Source of the DNA: Collodictyon triciliatum
Lineage: Eukaryota
Assembly (NCBI GenBank): GCA_043381765.1
Contig: JBHJMP010000271.1
Span: 1-33,640, forward strand
Direction: 5' to 3'
Length of the DNA stretch: 33,640 nt
The position numbers and the translations under genes are program-made. This document shows positions 10,222 through 20,677 of the stretch, piece by piece. The notes beneath the pieces were generated by a model, which was given only the letters and a program-made list of their open reading frames with translations, had not been told where the DNA came from and ran no database searches. Within the stretch, counting starts at the first letter, position 1; each line of letters starts with the position of its first letter.

Positions 10222-13200
10222 ATGAAGCGACGCAACTCTTCTGTAAGTGAAGAGCACATATGGATCACTTATTCAAGAGAAGCTGGACTTTCTTTTTCTC
10301 TGTAACGTGATTTTCTTGACTCAAAGAGCATTTACACTTTTTTTTAAATTGGCAACCTGTCCTTTTTAACCAAAAAGAAAAAAAAGTCTTCGATATTCCA
10401 AACAAACCCTTAACGCATGCATCTAAAGATGACCGAGCTGGATCAGCTCTTCCCACCCACCGCGCCAGTTGTGATCGATCAACTACCAAACTCTGAGGAG
10501 ATGAGTCCGTCCCAACTCATCAACTTTTCTGTCACCCTTGGAAACCGCCACCGCATCGATACAAAACCCGGTCGCCCACTTTTGCTCAAGCGACTCTTTG
10601 AGAATGCGACTATTCTTGAGCAAGCCTACAAAATGGTAGCTGACGCAGCACACGGCAATACTCGTTTGTCACACGCAGGTATCTGCCATAGAAAAGTTGT
10701 CTGTTGTATACATGTTTTTTTTTTTATCTTAAGCGTGCTATAGTATCCGCGAAAAACCATTTGGATACCTGATATAAAATTGCTTTAGAGGAATGGTTCA
10801 TCGACAATTTCTATCTCCTCTCCGAGAACATCAACAACGCCCGCAAGTTCTTTCCGCCTGGATATGACAAGAAAAGTGATCTTTTTTTTTTTTTAAATTT
10901 TAAGTGACTTACATCCAACCACAGTCTTCTGCTAAAGAGATAATTTATTTTTAACATTCATTTCTAAAACAAAAACAAAAACAAAAACAAAAAAACAGTG
11001 CCTCGCCTGCTCAATACCGACTCCAGCGGCCTTCCGCGCGTCTATGGCCTCGTCTTGGAACTGATTAGCTTGGTCAACTGCCATATTACTGAAAATAATG
11101 TAACCTATTTTGTCCAAGGTTACCAGTCCGTGTCTCCGTTGAAGATCGGTGAGCTGTGGGCTATCCCTATCATGCTTCGATTAGGGCTCCTCGAAAACAT
11201 TCGCTCTGTTGCCGACAAAATCATCAACATGAGAAAGGACCGAAACGTCGCAAACAGATGGGCTGACAAACTTCTCGAAGCGGCAGAGAAAAGTGGAAAA
11301 TCTGTGATTGAGGTTTTGTTTCAAATGTCCCAAAATCAGCTGAATATCAGCGATGCCTTCGTCATTCAAATCTCCCAACGCTTGCAAGGCTCTGACCCAC
11401 TCCTTTCCGTCATTACAACATGGCTGGAGCAACAACTCTCCACTCAAGGATTGGATATCGATGACGTCCATCGTTCTGAGCGCCATATGAACCAATTGCA
11501 CTTGGTTCGCCTTCGTAACTGCATCACTTCTCTTCGATTTGTGAATACGCACCAATGGGCAGATTTTGTAGAGACGCAGAGCTTAACCGAGTCTATCCTG
11601 CGCAAGGACCCAATGGGAATCTACACCCTGCAAGATTTCAGCACAAGAGATGCCTGCCGCCACGCAATCGAAGGCATTGCTGAGGATTCCAAAAAACCTG
11701 AGCAAGATATTGCCAACTTTGCTTTGGAACTGTCTACAAATGCCATCAAAGAATACCGAAAAATCATCAAGGAAATGAGCACAAAAGAGCCCTCTGCCAT
11801 GCTGCTTCATCGTAAGGGTTTTATTGGTTACTGGCTTATTGACCCAGAGGGCCAAATTGAATTGAGGCAAACTAAAAGCCTGAAAATACCTCTTGGTATT
11901 CAAATCACACGCCTTCTCAGTTCCGAAATTCGAATCGGCTTCTTTGTCTTATCTGTTGCGGTGATTTCCTTGCTTTTCACCGTCCTGGCACTCGGACTGA
12001 CTATGACGTCAGCTGGCGAGCAATTATCCTTTGGGCTTTTGTCCTCCCAGTTTGTTGGGAACGATTGGATTCCATTCCTCCTCTTTGTTCTGTGTCTTTT
12101 GGCTGTTGGAAGCCAGCTTGGCGTGGCACTTACAAATCTGTTTTGCGTTCGATGCGCTTCCCCGACTTTCATGCCCCGATTGGATTTCATCGAGACAGGA
12201 ATACCGGTTGAGCATCGCACGATTGTGGTTGTGCCTACGATGCTGACATCTACTGGGACTGGCAAAGAACTGGCTTCAGACCTACGAGCCCGCTTTCTGG
12301 TCAACAAAGACCCCAATATCTACTTCGCCTTGTTGACTGACTTCCCTGACGCAAAGACAGAGACATGCGCTACTGACGAGGCCATTCTTCAGGCGGCAGT
12401 CAAGGAAATCGACGAACTGAACCGTGTCTATCCAAATGATTCTGGTTCACCCTTTTTTATGCTCTTCCACCGACCAAGAAAGTATAACAGTGTTGACAAG
12501 GTCTGGATGGGCTATGAGCGAAAACGTGGAAAATTAAGCGACTTTAACCACTTGATGAGAGGCGGAGCCAAAGGTGCTTTCAGCAAAGTTATTGGCGATG
12601 TCCAGCTTCTCAAAACAATCCAATATGTTATCACTCTTGATACAGACACAATGTTGCCGTCTGACTCTGCAAAGAAGATGATTGGAACAGCTGCCCACAT
12701 ACTCAACCGACCTGTCTACGACCCTCGCATTCGCAAGGTGGCATGTGGTTACACCCTTTTGCAACCCCGCGTCTCATATGGTATCAGCAACATCTACAAA
12801 TCATACTACGGTTACTGGAACTCATTGGACAGCGGCGTTGACCCGTACACCAGGCAGGTTAGCGATGTCTATCAAGATGTGTTTGGAGAAGGGTCGTTCA
12901 TCGGTAAAGGAATCTACCACTTGGATGTCTTTGAAAGTGTTTTTGATGACCGATTCCCCGACAATCGAATCCTTTCTCACGACCTTATCGAGGGTTGCTA
13001 TTGCCGCTCAGGGTTCGCCTCCGACGTGGAGGTAATTGAAGAGTACCCTTCCAGTTACTTGACCGAAGTATCACGCCGCCATCGCTGGGTTCGTGGGGAC
13101 TGGCAAATTGCAGCATGGCTTCTTCCATTTGTTCCATCGCCTCATGGCTACACTCGCAATACATTGACCTACCTTTCCAGATGGAAGATTTTTGATAATC

Positions 13201-16200
13201 TTCGCCGGTCATTGGTGCCTAGTGGCATGCTTGGAATTCTCCTTTACAGTTGGTGCCATTCATCATTTTCTTCTGGGACTCCTCTGATTATGACTGTATT
13301 TTCTCTGTCATCGTACGTCATTCCTGGTGTGATAGAGATTCTTTTTGAGCTTACTCACAAGCAAGAGGATGTGGATATAGGATTGCACTTGAGCAACGTT
13401 TCATACTCTGTTTATCGTCGCTTATTACCTCTGGCGTTAGACATGATTTTCCTGCCCATCGACGCCTTCAATAACGTGGATGCTGCTGTTCGTTGCCTTA
13501 CACGCCTCTTCTTTACGCGCAAAAACCTTCTCGAATGGACAACCAGTACTGCTGCTGCCGCCTTGTTTACTGGAAACACTTTTCTTCGATTCTTACGCGT
13601 ACTCTGGTTTGGGCCGTTTGTTGCGGCGTTCACAGTTGCTATCCTGATGGGCCAATTGGTTATCCATGGAGTCAGCTTTAAATCTCTGATCGAAAATAGC
13701 GAATTTACCTTGGTGTCCATTAACTTCCTACAGGTTACATTGCTCCTTATCACCTGGGCTTCAAGTCCATTTATCGCTTGGTGGATTAGCAGCCCCATGG
13801 ACTCGCCCGAAAGTGGAATCTCTAAAGAAGACCGAGTCGAAAATCTGTCTGAAGAGCAAAAAGAATTCCTTCATGTGCTTGCTAGAAGAACTTGGCGTTT
13901 CTTTGAAGCTTTTGTTACTGAAGAGGATAACTGGCTTCCCATCGACAACTACCAAGAATTTCCCAAACCCATGTTTGCTCGTAGAACTAGCCCTACAAAC
14001 ATAGGCCTGGCCCTAATGGCAAACATTGGCGCCTGGGACTTTGGCTATGTCACCATGAAAACAGTCATAGAACGAACAGAACTTACCCTTAAGTCAATGT
14101 CCCAGCTGGAAAGGTTCAAAGGCCACTTTTATAACTGGTATGATACAAGCAACATGAAGCCTCTCCCACCAAAATATGTATCTGCAGTCGATTCAGGAAA
14201 CCTCTTTTTCACTTTGGTTATCCTGTCCACTTTTATCAAGGAAATGTCATCGGCCCGCCTAATACCTGGGCAGTTTGGAAAGGGATTATTGAATGGTAAT
14301 TTCCTTCTTTTGGACTACATCAATCGTCAGCTCCAAAAGAAACAAAAAAAGAACACAACCACCGAAGTTCATGACGATGCACATCCCGAAGAAAATGTTT
14401 CTCAGTTGCCACGCGAGTTAGATACACAGGCAGTGACCCCCATTCTTACGACCATTAAGTCGACCATCGAGAAGTTCCAGGTGCAGAATGCTTTGGACGT
14501 ATTTTTGGGCATTGAGTCACTATCTGAACCATGCAAACAACTCCTGCAAATATTGGAGCAGTTCAACGAGATTCAACGAGCAAAGGCTGAGAAACAAAAA
14601 GAGGAAATCATCTCGTCCGATGGAATTGTTGTTGTCCAACAAAGTACGGAAACGAAGGAGGGAGAAATGCTCTACTATATTCGAGCTCTTACCACCCAAT
14701 TGGAGGATACTAAGCAAGAAATAACCACCTACATGCCTTGGATACCCGTCCTGGCCACCATCAAGAGCGAGGGTAAGCAGAGCCCTGTGCCAGAGTCAAT
14801 TTTGAAGAAACTGTCCGACCCGAACTTGACAATCACATCTGTTTCGAGCCTGTGCGATGAAGTTATTGCTACATACGACAAAGAGTCTGGGACTGAGGGC
14901 GAAGATGAAAAAGAGCCTTCTAGCTTCTTATCTGCCATTCGCGAGGCAAAAGAAAATGCAAAGAAGAGACAATCTCAAATTCAGGAGCTTAGCGAGCTTT
15001 TGAATATCTTTATGGAGCAGGACTATACCTTTTTGTATAACAACTCCCGCAATCTCCTTTCTATAGGGTTCAATGTCGACCACAACCGAATGGACAATTC
15101 ATTTTACGATATGTTTTGTTCCGAAGCCCGCCTGTGTTCTTATGTGTGCGTGGCTAGGGGATTGTTGCCTGTGAAGCATTGGTTCTCCATGGGACGCCTT
15201 TTGACTGGAACAAAGACAAAGTCTGCTTTGCTTTCCTGGTCAGGCTCCATGTTTGAGTATCTGATGCCTCTTTTATTCATCCCCAGCATTCATGGAACTC
15301 TGCTGGACCAAACTTACAAATCTGTGGTTCGCCGCCAAATTGAATATGGACAGCAGAAGAAGGTCCCGTGGGGCGTTTCAGAGTCTGCGTATAACATGAT
15401 GGATGCTGGACTTGTCTACCAGTATGGACCATTTGGTGTGCCTGGACTTGGTCTCAAACGCGGTCTATCCAATGAACTTGTTATTGCCCCATATGCATCT
15501 TGTCTTGCGACTATGGTTGCCCCGGTGGAGGCTTGCAAAAATCTAATGCGCTTAACAAACATTGGAATGCAAGGAGCTTACGGCATGTATGAGAGTATTG
15601 ACTTTACTCAAAAGCGCCTGCGCGGTGCAATTACTGCACAACCTATCCAAAGCTTTTTCGTGCATCACGAAGGAATGTCTTTTTTGGCCCTGCTGTACAC
15701 TTTGCTCGACAAGCCGATGCATCGCCTCTTCTACAATACACCAGAGTTTGCTGCAAACGACCTGCTTCTGCAAGAAAAGATTCCAAAGATTCCTTACATC
15801 ATCAACCCCAACCAAAAAGAGCTCACCAGATGGAAAAACCCAGAAGGAAACGCTCCTTCGTGCAACAGAAAGTATCAAGGCCTGCAGGTTTCCATTGCAC
15901 CAGAAATTCACATGTTGTCCAATGGTAAATTCCATGTCATGATTACCGTGCACGGTTCCGGATATACAAACTACAAGGATTTGATGGTTTCTCGCTGGAG
16001 AGAAGACATCACAATGGACTGCTATGGTACCTACTTGTACGTGCGTGACCTCGACAACAAACGCTTCTGGACAGCAACATCTACGCCTGTTCTTGCGCCA
16101 CACAATTCAAACTACTCTGTCTTGTTCAGCCAAGGCAAAGCAGAATTCACGAGGGTTGAAGATGACATTGAGACCAAGACAACTGTGGTTGTTTCCCTGT

Positions 16201-19200
16201 ATGATTCTCTTGAAGTTCGGCGAGTTGAACTGAAGAATAACTCTAGCAAAGCCCGAACTATTGATTTGACAAGTTACAGTGAAATCATTTTGGGCAGTGC
16301 CCGCTCAGACGCCAGCCATCGTGCCTTTGCTAATCTTTTCATTCAGACCGAGGTGTTGACTGAACAAGACGCAATCCTTGCATATCGCAAGCCGCGCACA
16401 CACAAAGAAAAAACCATATATGCCTTCCACACTTGTTTTGTTCACCAAAAGAAGAAAACTTCTCAAGAGCCTCCGTCATTTGAGACGGACCGCAACATGT
16501 TTATTGGTCGCGGGTACTCTACACAATCGCCTCGCTCGATGTGTGAGGACGTGACGACGCTGAGCAATCCATCTGATGTTCATTACCCATTAGACCCTGT
16601 TTTTGCGGTCCGCCAGAAAGTCACCATCCCCGGCAACTCTTCTGTCTGTATTGACTTTATAACTGGTGTTGGGGAATCCAAAGAAGAAACACTCAAGCTG
16701 CTCCAAAAATCACGCCGAAAGAATTACACTTCGAGTGTTATCGAGTATTCGTGGATAAATAGTCAAAAACTCAACTTCAAGCTCGGCATATCTGAAATCG
16801 AAGCACAACTCTTCTGTCAACTTGGTGGCTGTATTTTATACTCTAATTCGAGATATCGTGCTTCTCCTCGTTTGATTGCAAAGAACCGCTCGAATCAAAG
16901 CGGTCTGTGGAGACTCGGCATATCTGGAGACCTTTGCATCATTTTGGTTCGCATAGGCGACGTCGCAAACATGGATTTAATTATCCAATGCCTGCAAGCC
17001 CATGCATACCTGCGAGCCAATGGCATCATTTGCGATGTTGTCATATGGAACGACGAGACAAGTTCATATCGCGATGAGCTCCATACATCGCTTTTATCAC
17101 TGATTGCAAACATGGGTGAAACATCCCAGCTCCTGCAGAAACCAGGCGGTGTTTTCCCGGTGAGAGGAGAGAGTATTTCCGAGCACGAAGGTATTCTTCT
17201 CTACAGCACTGCACGAATCGTCATATCAGACTATGGAGGTCGTTTAGTCGACCAGATTCACCGCGAGCCCAGAAAGGACAGAGAGTTGCCACCTCTTCTA
17301 AAAGTTGCCAACTTGCTCACCGAATCGAAGCCAACCACATTACCTCTGCCAAAGGTCCCTGTCGACCTTGAAAAGGAAAAGAAAGGTAGTGACATTATCG
17401 GCGGACTGGCGCCACTCGAGCAGAGAGACCTTGTTGAGGTGAACGAGTTTGGTGGATTTGACCAACGTCGAAAGGAATTTGTCATGATGCTGGAGGAAGG
17501 AAAATCCACACCGATGCCGTGGGCAAATGTATTGGCCAACGAGAGCTTTGGTTCTGTGGTCTCTGAGCGTGGCTCGGGTTACACTTGGTTTGAGAATGCA
17601 CACGAGTTCCGTTTGACTCCTTGGTCAAACGATGCGGTCACTGATGTCAGTGGAGAAGCCTTCTACATCCGTGATGAACAAACAGGCCAATACTGGTCTC
17701 CGCAACTGCAGCCCACGGTCGGAAAAACACCGTACGCAGTTCGTCATGGCTACGGTTATTCCGTCTGGGAGCATTCTGAGAACGGCATTCGCAGCGATAT
17801 GGTTGCTTTTGTCCCACCAAATGAATCTGTCAAGATTTTCCTTGTGCAACTCAAAAACCACAGCGGTCGGCCTCGCAAACTCACCGTGACTGGGTTTGTG
17901 GAATGGGCACTCGGAGAGATTCGAGACCGGACTAATTCTCACATAGTGACTGATGCTGAGTATGGCACATACATGAAGTCAATCATGGCTCGCAACCCAT
18001 ATCACCTCGACTTTGGCCTGCATGTGTGTTTCTTTGGTGTCATCGGCCACGACTGCACTATGACGGCCGATCGCTCTGAATTCATCGGATACAATCGTTC
18101 GCATGCATCTCCGGCCGGAATGGAGCGCACTCGGCTCTCAGGCACAGTCGGCAGTGCCTTGGACCCATGCGCTGCTATTATGGTGCCGGTGGAGCTTAAA
18201 GCCGAGTCTTCGATGGAGGTTGCGTTTATCCTGGGAGCATCGCATTCATCAAACAGTGCAAAAGACCTTGGCGAGCGCATTCGCAGCAACCTTATCGTGC
18301 ATCAGCTGCTAAAGAACACCAAGGCTTTCTGGCTGGACATTCTGCAATCCGTAACGATTGAGACGCCAGACAACTCGGTCAACCTTCTTGCAAATGGCTG
18401 GCTCCTGTACCAAGTCCTCAGCTCTCGCATCTTTGGCCGTTCAGGATTTTATCAATCATCGGGCGCCTTTGGATTCCGTGACCAGCTGCAAGACGCCATG
18501 TCTCTTGCTCACGCAGCCCCGCATCTGTTGCGTCGCCAAATCATGAGCTGCTGTGAACATCAGTTTGAAAAGGGTGATGTCCTCCACTGGTGGCATCAGC
18601 AAGGAAACCGCGGAACTCGCACTCGGATATCGGACGATTATCTTTTCTTGCCCCTGGCTGTCTACACCTATCTCGAAAACACAAACGATGTCCAGTTGCT
18701 GGATGCGATGTCGACGTATTGTACAGGGGTTGACGAGCCTGCTGAAGGTCAAGAGAGCGTCTTCAACCAGGCCCGAGGCTCGGAAGTGAGCGCAAGTGTG
18801 TACGACCACTGCAAGGCCGCCATCCGATACGGACTCAAGTATGGCCCTCACGGCCTTCCGCTGATGGGCTGTGGCGACTGGAATGATGGTATGAACGAAG
18901 TTGGGATTGAAGGCAAAGGCGAGTCTGTGTGGCTCGGCTTCTTCCTCTACTACGTCCTGGAGAAGTTTGCGTATGTGGCCCGCAAGTTCAAAGGAGACAC
19001 GGAGTTTGCCGAGTTGTGTGAGGAGCACATGGAGAAGGTTAAGGAGAGTCTGCACCAGCACTCCTGGGACGGCGAATGGTTCCTGCGCGCATTCTTTGAC
19101 AACGGCGAGCCACTCGGAAGCCACAAGAACGATGAGTGCCAGATTGACTGCCTGTCGCAATCGTGGGCCGTAATCAGCGGTGCCGTGGACAAGGAGCGAG

Positions 19201-19907
19201 CGCGGCAGGCGCTGTCGAGCGCAAACAGCCGCCTTGTGCGACGAGACCACAAGCTCATCCAGCTGTTTGACCCGCCATTTGAAAAGACAAAGATGGAGCC
19301 CGGCTACATCAAAGGGTACGCAAAGGGCGTCCGCGAGAACGGCGGGCAATACACACACGCGGCCGTGTGGCTGATCTGGGCGTATGCGGAGCAGCGCGAT
19401 GCACGGAGCGCTTGGGAGTTGCTGGACCTCATCAATCCAATCCATCACACGCGCACGGTGGACGAGCTGCAGCGCTACAAAGGAGAGCCCTATGCGATGG
19501 CGGCCGATGTCTACATGCTGCCCGGACACGAAGGCCGCGCGGGTTGGACGCTTTACACGGGCTCTGCTGGGTGGATGTATCGCTGCATCGTGCAGCGGCT
19601 CATCGGGCTTGAGCGGCAAGGAAACTGTCTTGTCTTGACGCCGCTTCCTCGGCCGGAGTGGAACGAGTTCAAGGTCCACTATCGCCACAAGCGCACGATG
19701 TATCACCTCCAGTTTCTGCGTCGGAAGGTCGGCAGCTTCAGCGGGTACAACATGAAGGAGATTGAGCGGACACTTGCGCAGCAGCAGCAGCAGCCCATGG
19801 AGAGGAAGATGACGATTGTGATTGATGATTTAGAGACCGTGGACGACAATCGCTTTGAGCTTGTCGATGATGGTCGCGACCACAATGTCAAGGTCCTCTT
19901 CTCGTAG
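10222..19907 (+). CDS. cgs: Cyclic beta-1,2-glucan synthase (Cgs/ChvB/NdvB type; GT84 + glucoamylase-like cyclisation domain + GH94 phosphorylase), ~3,080-3,090 aa, spliced
   Basis: Exons: putative 10222-10242 (MKRRNSS|GTAAGT), 10429-10678, 10789-10875, 10999-19907; total 9267 nt in frame. Splicing restores the conserved N-terminus SHAEEWFIDNFYLL..GYDKKMPRL..GLPRVY..GELWAIPIMLRL. GT84 motifs WMGYERKRGKL, VITLDTDT, YQDVFGEGSFIGKGIY, SHDLIEG, RRHRWVRGDWQ; about six TM segments; middle domain RTSPTNIGL, SEARL, SWSGSMFEYLMP, PWGVSESAY; GH94 YQSSGAFGFRDQLQD, GDWNDGMN, RENGGQYTHAA, YTGSAGW. The first 21-nt exon is less certain (alternative starts 10417/10429). Confidence 0.95.
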
Positions 19908-20677
19908 GATGGCGTCGGCTGTTAGTCTGTGTGTGGGCTCGACTTCAAAGAAGAAAAAAACGGAAAGAAAAAAAAAGTGTTTGATGTGTTCATGGGAATC
20001 ACCAATCGTTTTTTCCTTCTCTTTCACTTTCCGTCTCTCTCGTTTTCTTTCTCTTTCTCCTTCTTCCCAGGGTTCGAAAGCAGTGGAGCCAAGCAAACTC
20101 TCTCCCTTTCCCCTCTCACTATCGAAGGAATTAAACAAATAATAATAATAATAATAAAAAATAAAAATAAAAATAATGAATTCAGAGAAGCCAAGCCAGT
20201 CAGAAAAACACGTTCATTTCATATTAGGCAATTTAAGTTGCTTGCGTTACAGTTATTTATCTATTTAATACAACTACAATTATTCTAATTGTATTAATTT
20301 ATTTATTTATTTTTGGCTTTAGTTCAGCAGTTTATTGAGAGAAAACAGAACCAAGGAAACTGCCTTCGCCTTTAGGACAAAAATGAGCTGTGGACGAGAC
20401 AGTGGAAAACCTCGGATTGTGTGGCTGGAGTTTTTATGTTTTGGAAGGAAGGAAATGAAAAAGAAAAAGAAAATAGAAAGGAGAGAAGTGTTCTCACACA
20501 CAAACTATTCTACCCGAAGCGAATCAGCTCCAACGCGGTTTCTGGTTGTATTCGAGACTGACAGAAGAGCGGATAAAGTTGTCGGGTCGATTAAAGTACG
20601 CACATGGCAGTTACTTCTCAAATCGATTCCGACGAGTCCTTTCAACAATCCATCTCAGACAAGATTTACATCCTATT

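Noticed and set aside
10998-11000. GTG start implying a prokaryotic gene or bacterial contaminant
   Set aside because: No Shine-Dalgarno; the G is the end of an AACAG acceptor and upstream exons encode the conserved N-terminus.
18456-19706. 416-aa antisense ORF and other shadow ORFs inside cgs
   Set aside because: Expected by-product of GC-rich codon usage on the sense strand; no recognisable motifs.
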